64,000 nt of DNA from Candidatus Thorarchaeota archaeon (GCA_048884785.1 JBHLQM010000001.1:1-64000); one strand, 5' to 3'; numbered from the stretch's first letter, positions 1 through 10,063 are shown. Program-made: numbers and translations. Notes: generated by a model from the letters alone, not told the origin.

Positions 1-885
1 AATATCTGTCAATAAGCGCGAATGCTCGCCTGAGTTTTGAACATGGATGTATATGTTCTTGTCATCAAAAAACGGAGGTTTATCACCTTGCATAATCACG
101 AGAGTTCTTCGGCATTTCGAACAAAAAGAGAGAAAATACTTGCCTAATTGTGGAGCTAGACCCACATTCATTGTGGGCCTTCTGTTTTTCTCTCGTTTTA
201 AACCCAGTACTATCTCATCGAAACTTGGTTCCTCAAGTCTGAACCTTACAAACTCACGACCCAGCTTGTCAGGACTTGGAGAATGGGCGTCACTGGATGA
301 GATGTAGGTGGTGGTTCTCAAGGAAGGAATATAATCTGCAATTTCAGAATCCGCTGATAGACCAAGTTCAATAAAGTGGATGTGATTCGCTTCAGGCCCA
401 TAACATGCTTCGATACTATCATACTTACCCTCTCGGAAAATCGCCTTGAATGGAGTAAATGCATGTGCGGGACCCAACATACCTCCAGCATCACGAACAG
501 CCCCAGCAATGGACTCTGCGGAGAGGTTTACCCTAGGTCGGCCACCCCATTTGTGGTCAAGATTTGGAGATTCCTTTTTCATGGATGCTCGTAGTTGGTT
601 CACTGATTCAAAGTCAGGAAGAATTGCAAGATGATGAATTGATTCAATATCCTCAATTTCCACGGAGAGAATGAATGCTATTCCATTCGATCTGAGACAT
701 CCGTCTTTGCTATCCAGTGTTTTTTGAAGATGCTGCAGCCAGCCAGGCTGCGTTGCATCGCCGGTACCAAGGACATCTATGCCCTTCTGAGATGCTCCTT
801 TGACAAGATTGGGAATTGTCATGTTTTTGCTGACGCCAATAGAATTAGGTGAATGGATATGAAGGTCTACTGCAAATTCCTGCAT
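1..885 (-). CDS. PHP-domain nuclease, endonuclease Q / TIGR00375 family (3' end runs off the window)
   Basis: Not in the ORF track. Manual translation from ATG at 885: MQEFAVDLHIHSPNS...GTGDA...PAHAFTPFK...IELGLSAD...SDAHSP..KLGREF...LGKYF..FCSKC. These are PHP metal-binding motifs followed by the start of a Zn ribbon, typical of EndoQ. Confidence 0.85.
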   Translation of the reverse strand, partial: MQEFAVDLHIHSPNSIGVSKNMTIPNLVKGASQKGIDVLGTGDATQPGWLQHLQKTLDSKDGCLRSNGIAFILSVEIEDIESIHHLAILPDFESVNQLRASMKKESPNLDHKWGGRPRVNLSAESIAGAVRDAGGMLGPAHAFTPFKAIFREGKYDSIEACYGPEANHIHFIELGLSADSEIADYIPSLRTTTYISSSDAHSPSPDKLGREFVRFRLEEPSFDEIVLGLKREKNRRPTMNVGLAPQLGKYFLSFCSKCRRTLVIMQGDKPPFFDDKNIYIHVQNSGEHSRLLTDI

Positions 886-895
886 CAAGCTATCC

Positions 896-1882
896 TCAGA
901 TGTTAATATTGACCTTTACGACTTCTTTCTGTGTTGCAGCCTCAAAGGCCTGATTTCCCTGCTCAAGTGTGAATTTTTTCGATACCAAGCGATTTACCTC
1001 TATTCGCCCTTTATCAAGCATCATTATAGCCATTTCAAAATCGCCGCCAATTGAACCTATTAGGGATATCTCACGTTCTATTAGAGAAGTGCGATTCAAA
1101 GGAAAGCTATCTTCGCCGCGGCCAGTCAGGGCAACCTTTCCACCACTTTTCACAATATCCATTGCCATCTTTAGTCCCACCTCTGTCCCTGTTGCCTCTA
1201 CTACCACTTGTGGACCGATATCACTGGTTGCATCCAGAATCTTGCGCTTCCAGTCACTTGTTCTGTTGATTACGTTCCTAAGTCCCAGCTGTTTTGCCAC
1301 TCCCAAGTGCCACTGATTCTCACCAACTAGATACACATCTGCACCAAATGCATCGAATACTTGGGCAACGAGAAGACCTGTTTTTCCGGTTCCCAGAACT
1401 AGCACCTTTTCCTCTGGCTCAACTGTAGCTCTCGCAAAGGTTTCAATCGCATTGGCAAGGGGTTCAACAAATGTGCCAGTCACTGAATCTATATTCTCAG
1501 TGAGTTTGTGAACTATCTCATATGGAACACATAGATACTCAGCCATAGCTCCATCTGTTGTTAGACCAAGGGTTTGCTTGGTGCGGCATAGGTGGTTTTT
1601 CCGATTTTTGCAGTACCAGCAAGTTCCACAGGTGATATGAATCTCAGAGGTCACAGGCACTCCTGGTTTGAATTCTGGAACAGAACTCTCATGAATAACA
1701 CCAGACATCTGACTACCCAAAATGAGCGGGAGATCAACATCCAACTCACCTTTCCAGATTTGCAGATCGACCCTGCTAATTCCAACTGATCGAACCTCAA
1801 TTCTAACATGACCTGGCATCAGAGGCGGCGATGGCGTGTCTGCAAGCTGAAGACCATCCCGAGTCAGAACTAAAGATTTCAC
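896..1882 (-). CDS. Zn-dependent medium-chain alcohol/polyol dehydrogenase (MDR family)
   Basis: Structural Zn motif CGTCWYC...LC, GroES-like N-domain, GTGKTG NAD-binding loop. Catalytic-Zn motifs are altered (GISRVD instead of GIC.SD; GSQ instead of GHE). GTG start. Confidence 0.8.
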   Translation of the reverse strand: MKSLVLTRDGLQLADTPSPPLMPGHVRIEVRSVGISRVDLQIWKGELDVDLPLILGSQMSGVIHESSVPEFKPGVPVTSEIHITCGTCWYCKNRKNHLCRTKQTLGLTTDGAMAEYLCVPYEIVHKLTENIDSVTGTFVEPLANAIETFARATVEPEEKVLVLGTGKTGLLVAQVFDAFGADVYLVGENQWHLGVAKQLGLRNVINRTSDWKRKILDATSDIGPQVVVEATGTEVGLKMAMDIVKSGGKVALTGRGEDSFPLNRTSLIEREISLIGSIGGDFEMAIMMLDKGRIEVNRLVSKKFTLEQGNQAFEAATQKEVVKVNINI

Positions 1883-1980
1883 AATACTCCCTACTTTCTC
1901 CTATATTCCGAATGAATAAACCCTTCGTTTTTATGTTACTCCATATAATAAATTTCTACCTATATGGAAAGTGTATAACA

Positions 1981-2859
1981 ATGGGTGAATCCTCCTTCTT
2001 TAGCAGAAGACTGACTGACAAAGAGCTTAACCTGTGGATGGAAATTGGAAAGGGACAGGATGTGCTTGCAATCAGTAAGACATTCATTCATCTTGCTGAT
2101 AGTATGTTGTTTGCTTCATTTCTAGGTGAAGATGTCATTGGCGCTTCAGCAATATATCGCGACAGAAGTAGACTATCAATGGCACTTCTCTCTATCAGAA
2201 TACTTGAGCAGTATAGAGAAAGAACTACAAGTCATATCATGAAATCATCGTTGCCCTTCTTTAAGACGGTGGCAATTAGAGAAGCAGATGTCTTAGTAGC
2301 AAAGGGAAGTGAAGATAATGAGTATCCATTCCCATTGATTTGCGTACTTGGTCCCTGGGCAAGAAAGGCGATTGATGAGAATGGATTTTTCAAAATAGCT
2401 GAAGGGGCGTACGAAACCTATTGGATACCTCATGCTGAAAGTGCTTCAAATATATCGTGGGATAGCAATCCAGCCAACACTGAACAAATAAGGGGCCTTT
2501 TCTGGTCAGCTAATGATTCATTTCGTCCTGATTATTCCCATTTTTGGCTTGGAGTGGATTTATGCAGAGAGCATAATCTACTCTTTACTCAGTCTGGAGA
2601 TAATTCTCCTACACTTGTAATTGGTGCATTGCCCTATGAAGGAGTTCTGTACATCCCTTCAGTTCTTTACGCAGATGATTCGTTGAATGACGATGAAGTT
2701 GTGGATGCCCTAGTAAATCTCTCAACTAGATTGTCTACAGAGCAAATATGCGTTTTAGCATTAGAGGGGATTCAGACATCAGTTCATTCTACTCTTCACA
2801 AGAGATTTGGAGAACCGACAAGAAGAATTCCATTGAATCTAATGCGGAAAAAACTGTGA
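1981..2859 (+). CDS. hypothetical protein, possible degenerate tandem GNAT fold
   Basis: Start re-placed at ATG 1981 because the longer ORF overlaps the divergent dehydrogenase gene. The pattern 'VIGASAIY...LLSIRILEQYR...NGFFKI' resembles GNAT strands. Confidence 0.5.
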   Translation: MGESSFFSRRLTDKELNLWMEIGKGQDVLAISKTFIHLADSMLFASFLGEDVIGASAIYRDRSRLSMALLSIRILEQYRERTTSHIMKSSLPFFKTVAIREADVLVAKGSEDNEYPFPLICVLGPWARKAIDENGFFKIAEGAYETYWIPHAESASNISWDSNPANTEQIRGLFWSANDSFRPDYSHFWLGVDLCREHNLLFTQSGDNSPTLVIGALPYEGVLYIPSVLYADDSLNDDEVVDALVNLSTRLSTEQICVLALEGIQTSVHSTLHKRFGEPTRRIPLNLMRKKL

Positions 2860-2911
2860 CAAATCGGAAAGCCTTTTGTTGATATTGCAGGTTCACTCAG
2901 TAGGTGTCCTT

Positions 2912-3916
2912 ATGGTATCTCTCCGAGTAGTGAAGCATGGAACAGGCATTCACCTCACTTACGGAGAGATTTCTATCGCTCTTGATACAGGTCTTGAAGG
3001 AAATACAACATTACTATCACATGCTCACTCCGATCATATTGGAGGGCTAGATAAAGCTCGACAAATTGTAACTACTAAGGGGACTTATGATGCACTTCAA
3101 GCACGAGGCGGAAAGATTACGTCAAAAGCAAGCCTGCTAAAATATAACGAAACTTTGGGACAGATTGGAATTTACATCTCAGCTTTGAATGCAGGACATG
3201 TAATTGGATCTGCGATGTATAAGATTGAATTTGAAGATGGACTTACAGTCCTGTATACAGGCGATTTCAATGTGGTCGATAGTGTGGTCCATGAAGCTGC
3301 GATTCCAGTTGAAGTGGATGTGTTGATAACAGAAGCCACGTATGGTTCTCCACAATGGGTTTTTCCGGATAGAAAACGGGTTCATAAGGATATTATTGAG
3401 ACAGCTACCAGCCTTATTGAAGTGGGAAAGATTCCCCTTTTTCAGGCGTATTCGCTTGGGAAAGCTCAAGAAGCGATTGCACTCCTTACGTATTCGGGTA
3501 TAAGTACAATTTCTGGAAATCCGGCGATTGATGCAATCAGCGACGTCTATTCGGCATATGGGCAGAATTTGAAATATATTAGCATTGAATCCGAGGAAGC
3601 TCGCAATGCCTTGAAAGAGGGGTGTGCAATCGTCACATCACATCCAAGTCATACAATGAGTAATGTAAAACGCTCCTTGGGTACCAGTTTCTACAAGGAT
3701 TTAACTCGGAGAGCTGAAAAGTACAATCTATCAGGGTGGACATTAGGCGAGCTAAAGAATGGAGGTTTCCCACTTAGTGCACATTCTGATTTTCCTGGTC
3801 TCCTTAGATTTGCTGAACAGGTGAATCCGAGAGTCGTATATTGCTTCACAAATAATGCGAGTACTCTATCTAGCTATCTTGCCAAGAAAGGTATTAATGC
3901 GGTCCCCTTGGAGTAG
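2912..3916 (+). CDS. beta-CASP / metallo-beta-lactamase-fold nuclease
   Basis: Motifs HAHSDH, AGHVIGS, YTGD, TEATYG, YSLGKAQ, LSAHSD. Confidence 0.85.
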   Translation: MVSLRVVKHGTGIHLTYGEISIALDTGLEGNTTLLSHAHSDHIGGLDKARQIVTTKGTYDALQARGGKITSKASLLKYNETLGQIGIYISALNAGHVIGSAMYKIEFEDGLTVLYTGDFNVVDSVVHEAAIPVEVDVLITEATYGSPQWVFPDRKRVHKDIIETATSLIEVGKIPLFQAYSLGKAQEAIALLTYSGISTISGNPAIDAISDVYSAYGQNLKYISIESEEARNALKEGCAIVTSHPSHTMSNVKRSLGTSFYKDLTRRAEKYNLSGWTLGELKNGGFPLSAHSDFPGLLRFAEQVNPRVVYCFTNNASTLSSYLAKKGINAVPLE

Positions 3917-4510
3917 GTGATTCAATTGCAGTATGATGATTTTGATATGGTGGAGCCAATTCATGCTGATTCGTTCTTTTCTGTAAGCTCAACAGGAGAG
4001 ATACATGAAAGGCTTTCATTTGAATATCTTGATCCAGAAGGCCACTACAGAGATGTGCTGAGTAGTGAAAAGCTGCTTGCTGACGAAATCACTAAGCTTT
4101 CCTCAAATATGCAATACTTCCTTGACCTTGAAAGAGTTGAGATAAATGAAGAGCAAGTAAAATCAATCGTTAGGTATACAGATATTTTTCCCAAAGGTGC
4201 AACCAACATTGTGGCAATAGTTTATCTAATTGATTTTGGAGGTGTTCTTCAATCAGGGGGAAATAAAATTCAGACCTGGCTCGAAGATGAAGTCGCCCCC
4301 TATGACTTCGAGATAATTTGGAGATTTCCGGTAGGAACTCACATTGTGGAAATTGATACGAAGCTCCAATACGATATCTATAGGGACCTTGTAGTCCTCT
4401 GGGCTGAAGAAGGCTCAAGCGTGGGCGGGTATGAGCTTATGGAGTTTATTTTACCAAAAAGAGGTTTTGATACAAGGCACTCGAAACGAAATTCCAAGAG
4501 GAAATTCTGA
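3917..4510 (+). CDS. hypothetical protein (acidic, beta-rich)
   Basis: 197-aa ORF whose GTG start abuts the upstream stop and whose stop overlaps the next start. Confidence 0.7.
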   Translation: MIQLQYDDFDMVEPIHADSFFSVSSTGEIHERLSFEYLDPEGHYRDVLSSEKLLADEITKLSSNMQYFLDLERVEINEEQVKSIVRYTDIFPKGATNIVAIVYLIDFGGVLQSGGNKIQTWLEDEVAPYDFEIIWRFPVGTHIVEIDTKLQYDIYRDLVVLWAEEGSSVGGYELMEFILPKRGFDTRHSKRNSKRKF

Positions 4511-4764
4511 TGCTGCAGATATTGCCAAATCTCGAGTTTTTAGCCATTCTCATAATTCTTCTCGGAATCCTGTTAATTGTAGTGGGATGCTTCCTTTCAT
4601 CCACGCGGAAGCCAATGAATCAATCAACACAGAGAAGAGAAGCAAAAGGAGTTATTTTCCTCGGACCGATTCCCATTGTCTGGGGTTTCAGCAAAAGCAC
4701 ACAGATTATTCTTTTGGCAGCTGCGCTCACAGTTTTCGTATTATGGCTTCTTTGGATGCAATGA
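4510..4764 (+). CDS. DUF131 / TIGR00304-type small membrane protein
   Basis: Hydrophobic segments flanking the GVIFLGPIPIVWG signature. TGATG coupling to the upstream gene. Confidence 0.8.
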   Translation: MLQILPNLEFLAILIILLGILLIVVGCFLSSTRKPMNQSTQRREAKGVIFLGPIPIVWGFSKSTQIILLAAALTVFVLWLLWMQ

Positions 4765-5028
4765 TACGCCCCAACCACAATCAGGACAAATACGATTTTG
4801 AGGGATAAGCCTAGTAATTTCACCATTGACAAGACAATCGGGACATACTGGAAGCTTGCTCTTGCATGAAGGACATTTCAATGCAGAATCCAAGTCTCGA
4901 ATGCATGTGAGGGTTCCACAAGTATCACATTTTATGGCATGTGAGTAGCAGAAGTCATTGCCACAATGGTCACAACTAATCTTTGATCTGTTTCTGCATA
5001 CTGAGCATGCTTTCACTGTGTAGTGCAT
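4741..5028 (-). CDS. Cys-rich multi-zinc-finger protein
   Basis: 95 aa with six CxxC pairs plus CxxH (CSVC, CDHC, CYSH, CDTC, CPSC, CPDC, CPDC). Confidence 0.75.
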   Translation of the reverse strand: MHYTVKACSVCRNRSKISCDHCGNDFCYSHAIKCDTCGTLTCIRDLDSALKCPSCKSKLPVCPDCLVNGEITRLIPQNRICPDCGWGVSLHPKKP

Positions 5029-5158
5029 CCCCCCACTTCAATTGGAGGACCTATACATAAACTTGGTGTGCAGATAAAGCAGTATCCCGAGTCTGTATTA
5101 CTTGAAGAGTACCAAGTCTCATAGAGGGTTGGGAACTTAAAGGTATGAGTGATAATCG

Positions 5159-5416
5159 ATGCAGTTTGTATGTGAAACGTGTGGACAGACTTCAGATGAT
5201 TTAGATAGAGTGCTTGACGGAACATGCGAATGTGGAGGGTCCCATTTCAAGTTGGTCTCAGAGAAACCGTTTACGCTGCCCACTGCAATGACAGTTAGAG
5301 AGGAAATTCGAAGGGACCTTCACAGGTGGCTTGACCTCAATATAGATTCATTGGACTCTGATAATATTGGAGATATCCGAGTAACTTTTGAAGTTCCAAA
5401 AGAGAAGCAAAGCTAA
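5159..5416 (+). CDS. Zn-ribbon protein (DUF2072/OapC-like N-terminus)
   Basis: CETCG...LDGTCECGGSHFKLV pattern. Confidence 0.65.
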   Translation: MQFVCETCGQTSDDLDRVLDGTCECGGSHFKLVSEKPFTLPTAMTVREEIRRDLHRWLDLNIDSLDSDNIGDIRVTFEVPKEKQS

Positions 5417-8052
5417 TTGTCTGTAGGGTCCATTTTGTCCTTTTCTAGCTCTTCCAAAGGACGCTCTATCTTAGCTATTTGTGAATCTATTTCTTCATTG
5501 AGATCAACCAAACCAACTACTAATGCAATTCGCTGGACAGCTTTCAGGCTATGAATAAGAGTATCAAGCCAACTGAAGACATCACCAGGATATGCCCATA
5601 GTTCAAACTCCTTCTCTAACCTTTGTGAAATGCCAGTCGGATTTAATCCCTCTTTTCGTTTGCGTACAATCCACTTTCCAAGTTCTATCTGTGCGTGGTC
5701 ACATTCTGGGTAAAGACTACATCCACAATTGAAAAAGTTGGTAGTCCATCTTGAGAATACCTCGAATACCCATTTAGGCAATCTTGCGGCACCACTATTC
5801 GGGTTGCGGACATTACCAAGGTCCAAGAATATACCAGAGAATAATCGCGTTGGCATATGAGCCTTAAATGCTGTATTCACTTCACCTTGGAGACGGGAAG
5901 TGAGGTATACATTTTCAAATGGTTCGAGCTTGACCGCTATATCCAAGACATTCATGCTCTGAGCCATCTTTCCTACTTGATATCCCTCCGAAGGTGTCAG
6001 AAATGAAAGAGAGGTTGCTTTGCCAAGCTCTGTTGGGTACACTCCACCCTCTCGCACTCGAATCATGTGCTTCTTTACAAGAAACTTCAGGGCATCAGAA
6101 GGAGGAACCGATGCAGAAAGCAATTTCAAATAGATTCGAGCCACAGATTTCAAATCGACGAGACCTGTTGCGCATATAATAGCAAGAGCCTGCTCTGCAC
6201 TATGTTCGAGATCTGCAAAAGGTTCGACATCCTCAACCACACCTGCCAGAAGATCAGCCGCAATCTCATCCTCACATTTTTCTTGGCCAGCATGATATTT
6301 CCGTTCAGGTTGCACCAAAAGGAAGGCCTTTCCACGATCATGCTTTCCCAAACGTCCTGCTCTACCGAGCATTTGTTCAAACTCTGCTGTTGATATCCAA
6401 TCAGCACCCATTGCAAGACTCTCAAATATGACTTGAGATGCTGGAAGATCGACTCCAGCGCCTAAAGCTGCTGTAGTCACAACGCAATCGTATCTCTGCT
6501 TATTGAAGGCATGTTCAATCTTCCTCCTAGCCACATATGATAAACCTCCGTGGTAGACTGTGCTCTTAACATGATTCTCTTCTAACCAGTCGCTCAATGC
6601 ATGAGCGCGTCTTCTAGAAAATGTGAAGATAATTGATTGGCCATGATTTCCAAAACTGCTCTTTTTCCTGAATTCATCTTTCACTAAACGGCGAATTATC
6701 GATCGCTTGTCCTCATCACTTCTTGCAAAAACCAGATGGCGCTCTAGAGGCACAGGACGTCCGGTGTAATTCACGAGTTTCAAATTCAATTCTTTAGCTA
6801 GCTCATGTGGAGATCCTACAGTCGCAGATAATGCTAAGACCTGTGCCTTAGGTGCGTAAAATCTCATCCGTGTAAGTAGACCGTCAAGTTCAGGTCCTCG
6901 CTCTTCATCTGCAAGATTCTGTATTTCATCTACGATAATTGTCCCAATCTTACCTAACTTTTGCATCTCTCCGGATCTAAGCATCAGGTCGAGTGCTTCG
7001 TAGGTAGCACATATTATATCAGACCTTTCCACATCTGTGTCAACAATAGGCTTTCCCTCATCACCGACATCAAGATGCGACATCCCCACTTTGATACCAG
7101 TCTTTAGACCGAGCTTCCTGTACCTCTTTCTAAAGACTTCGTATTTCTCATTTGTGAGGGCAACTAATGGCGAGAGATACACCATTTTCTCACCTTTCAT
7201 TGCACGGGGAACCCCAGCGAGTTCACCAATCAGAGTCTTTCCAGATGATGTTGAAGAAACTATCAATAGACTTGCACCATCAAACAATCCGGCTTCGAGG
7301 ACCATTTCTTGAACCGGAAGGAGGCCAGAGATACCCTGTTCAATCAGCAGATCTTTGAATGAATCGGGAATTATCAGATCCCTAATCTCTCTTCCTTTGA
7401 TGAGCTCTCCTGTTGAAAGAGTATCGATTAATGTTAAGTCAGAGTCTCGAGTGGGATCAAAACCAGGAGTCATCAGTTCCAGCAAACGCGGAACCGACTT
7501 AACTCGAAGTAGATGACGCTCCACGTGCTGAAGCATAGCCTTGGACATGTTTATTCCAAGGCTTTTCAAGTCGGTTCTAAAATCCGCCTGGGCACACGAG
7601 CCACACAATACCTGTGTTTGGGACACCTTGATAGCATTTCGCCTAGTTAGAACAGTCAATCTACTTTCCCGAATGCAATGCTCGCACACAGGGACAATTC
7701 TTGTATCAGGTGAATTTAGACGCTGAAGAAGACCCTTAAGGTCGCTAGAAAAGTCGGGTTTGTGTTTTCGGGGTATGATGATGAACTTGGATTTTCTAAG
7801 TATCTCGTGGAACTCTTTTTCTTGATAGTATACGGGTTTGTTGTATTTCACGAACCATGCCCTACGGATCTCAAGCAGACCATTGCTTCTATACCCTAGT
7901 TCTATGTTACCGGAAAGTCTTGCCCTTTGCCGATCCATGAGCGCATCAGACATAATGTCAATTCTGAGAGTCATCTCTTGCCTTCCTGCACGTAGGACTA
8001 TGGAATATGGCTTGGCCAGTGCTTTCTGAATGTCTGCGTCTACAACTTCCAA
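5413..8052 (-). CDS. archaea-specific superfamily II helicase (ASH-Ski2 / COG1202-like)
   Basis: Walker A TSSGKT, DEIQ, LSAT, TTAALGAGVDLPA, QMLGRAGR. N-terminal CEHC...CGSC zinc site and C-terminal CGC..PEC cluster. Confidence 0.9.
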   Translation of the reverse strand: MEVVDADIQKALAKPYSIVLRAGRQEMTLRIDIMSDALMDRQRARLSGNIELGYRSNGLLEIRRAWFVKYNKPVYYQEKEFHEILRKSKFIIIPRKHKPDFSSDLKGLLQRLNSPDTRIVPVCEHCIRESRLTVLTRRNAIKVSQTQVLCGSCAQADFRTDLKSLGINMSKAMLQHVERHLLRVKSVPRLLELMTPGFDPTRDSDLTLIDTLSTGELIKGREIRDLIIPDSFKDLLIEQGISGLLPVQEMVLEAGLFDGASLLIVSSTSSGKTLIGELAGVPRAMKGEKMVYLSPLVALTNEKYEVFRKRYRKLGLKTGIKVGMSHLDVGDEGKPIVDTDVERSDIICATYEALDLMLRSGEMQKLGKIGTIIVDEIQNLADEERGPELDGLLTRMRFYAPKAQVLALSATVGSPHELAKELNLKLVNYTGRPVPLERHLVFARSDEDKRSIIRRLVKDEFRKKSSFGNHGQSIIFTFSRRRAHALSDWLEENHVKSTVYHGGLSYVARRKIEHAFNKQRYDCVVTTAALGAGVDLPASQVIFESLAMGADWISTAEFEQMLGRAGRLGKHDRGKAFLLVQPERKYHAGQEKCEDEIAADLLAGVVEDVEPFADLEHSAEQALAIICATGLVDLKSVARIYLKLLSASVPPSDALKFLVKKHMIRVREGGVYPTELGKATSLSFLTPSEGYQVGKMAQSMNVLDIAVKLEPFENVYLTSRLQGEVNTAFKAHMPTRLFSGIFLDLGNVRNPNSGAARLPKWVFEVFSRWTTNFFNCGCSLYPECDHAQIELGKWIVRKRKEGLNPTGISQRLEKEFELWAYPGDVFSWLDTLIHSLKAVQRIALVVGLVDLNEEIDSQIAKIERPLEELEKDKMDPTDN

Positions 8053-8105
8053 TTGATGACCTCATGTTCTCCCGAGATTATTCAGCAATGACTGTTTTGG
8101 TTTGC

Positions 8106-8888
8106 TCAAAGCTGGAATATATAGGAATCAGTATGTTTGAAGAGGTTGTCCATCACTTGTTCATACTCTGCACGGAAGGCATCCAACCCAATTCCCCCGA
8201 TGCCCGCCTTTTCAACTATCATCCAGTTTGACATGACTTCTATATCGGATACATCGGCAAAACGACCGAAAGGTAGGCTCATTATTTTTGGCTGGTCAAA
8301 CGTGCTATACCTACGCGTATTGAACCACTCTACTAGCGGCTGGTAGAGAGGCCGATTTGTTCCACCTAGAATGAATCTTGCCCGTTGGACCCCAGATATA
8401 TATGACACACTGATTTTCTTTAGAACATCGGTGTAATGGGCTGTTTTAGGTACAGCTCCTTCAGGCCGAACTTGGGCAACCCGGTTGCCTGCAAGAATAT
8501 TGCCTTTCTCAACTACAAGATCACTAATCACAGTCATAATCTCTTCACGTTTGGCTGCCCCAAGAGGATCTATCACTTCAGGTTTAATCACATCAACAAG
8601 AGGAACCGGTTCATCATATCTGAGAGCAGTGGGATCAAACATCAAGGCAGATATATGTTCCTTAATCTCTATCCTGCGGTTGCCACTCTCAGCAATCCCC
8701 TTGAAGTACCCTGGGCCAATGAGCATGGAGTATACCTTATCTTCCCTAAGAATTGACCATAATTGATGTGAGAGTATCAGAACACGACCGGTCATATCAG
8801 CATTCTTTAGAACGCCCAAATCATAATTGTAAGCCTCTAAATCAAGTAGCCAATAAAGAGGGGTGATATTGAGCATAATTCCTGTCAC
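8106..8888 (-). CDS. hypothetical protein
   Basis: 260-aa ORF with GTGA overlap with the upstream gene's stop. No motif recognised. Confidence 0.7.
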   Translation of the reverse strand: MTGIMLNITPLYWLLDLEAYNYDLGVLKNADMTGRVLILSHQLWSILREDKVYSMLIGPGYFKGIAESGNRRIEIKEHISALMFDPTALRYDEPVPLVDVIKPEVIDPLGAAKREEIMTVISDLVVEKGNILAGNRVAQVRPEGAVPKTAHYTDVLKKISVSYISGVQRARFILGGTNRPLYQPLVEWFNTRRYSTFDQPKIMSLPFGRFADVSDIEVMSNWMIVEKAGIGGIGLDAFRAEYEQVMDNLFKHTDSYIFQL

Positions 8889-10063
8889 TCCTGAAGGACA
8901 GTCTGTTCTATGAAATTCTTAACCACTCTTGTAGCAATTAAATCATATTCATTTGGAGAAACTAGTGTGAATTCATCCTTCATTTTTTCTATTTCCATAT
9001 TGAGGTCGACAGACTCTAGGCTGAATCTCTCCATTATTTCTTTGGCGCATTGCTCTATTCGAGTAATCGGGTCGTTTCCCTGATATTTGAGCACCCTCAT
9101 TACTCTTGAAATCCTCTCAGTGAGATAGGAGTCACGTTCATCTCCTTCACGTCTTCTTGCGAGTCTAATGTCTCTCTCTAGGAAGTCGAATGGAGAAGCC
9201 ATATCAGGTTCAGCCTTGCTTCCCCGCGTGGTGCCTGCACCAATCTCAACATATCTAGACCGGTCCCCTCTTGCACCAGTTGGCCGGGGAGCCATATGAA
9301 GAATCAAATGAGCAGCAGCCTTCGGACTAAGACCAACTATCTCTTTTTCTAGCTCACTCACCAAATCAGAAATTCTACCTATGTAAAGATCCATTGTCAA
9401 TGAATCCGATGCCTTAGAAATAATATTGCTGAGCCGCCGAAGAAGAGCTTGATTCCTCTTTTTTATTCGTCCAAGCTTGCCCTTTAGCGTATTCTCTTGC
9501 CACCCAGTAACCGCAGGCCCTAGGAATGTTAGAAGGTCTTCACTCGTCCCCTTCTTGTGATCATTGAACCAAGTCTGGACTATAGGAAGCAGAAAAGCTT
9601 CCGCCATCTTGATTCGAGCATTCATTAGTGAAATCGCCTTTTCTACGGGAGGGTCTTCTTCATCAAAGCCACTCTCTAAATTGGCTATTTCCCTGACTTT
9701 AAGCTCGAATTCTCTTGAGAAACTACCATAAACATAACTAATCCATCGTCCCTCATCAACAGCGAATTCCTGAACATTGCCAGGAAGATTCGGAACTCCT
9801 TCGCCATTAGCTTCTCTTCGGTGCAACTCAGCTGTAAGAAGACGAACTGCTTTCCTTACAGTTGCTATGCCATCCATATCTATTAGATAAGCAATTGATG
9901 CAACTTCAAGAGGACAATTCATTTGATCAGAGATAGCACGAGCTGCATCAACGGGAACTCTACGGCTTCTTTCCCGTAGGTTGGTGTATTTTTCTGAAAA
10001 TTCATGAACAAGCTTTTGCCTGCTTTGAAGGGCGAGCTTCTCTATATCAGGATCTGATAGCAC
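8885..10063 (-). CDS. hypothetical alpha-helical protein
   Basis: 392-aa charged helical ORF, GTG start with a GAGGAG RBS-like sequence upstream. Confidence 0.75.
   Translation of the reverse strand: MLSDPDIEKLALQSRQKLVHEFSEKYTNLRERSRRVPVDAARAISDQMNCPLEVASIAYLIDMDGIATVRKAVRLLTAELHRREANGEGVPNLPGNVQEFAVDEGRWISYVYGSFSREFELKVREIANLESGFDEEDPPVEKAISLMNARIKMAEAFLLPIVQTWFNDHKKGTSEDLLTFLGPAVTGWQENTLKGKLGRIKKRNQALLRRLSNIISKASDSLTMDLYIGRISDLVSELEKEIVGLSPKAAAHLILHMAPRPTGARGDRSRYVEIGAGTTRGSKAEPDMASPFDFLERDIRLARRREGDERDSYLTERISRVMRVLKYQGNDPITRIEQCAKEIMERFSLESVDLNMEIEKMKDEFTLVSPNEYDLIATRVVKNFIEQTVLQE

Noticed and set aside
47-634. Short ORFs listed in the track at the window start
   Set aside because: They are antisense or off-frame shadows of the partial EndoQ-like gene on the - strand (1-885).
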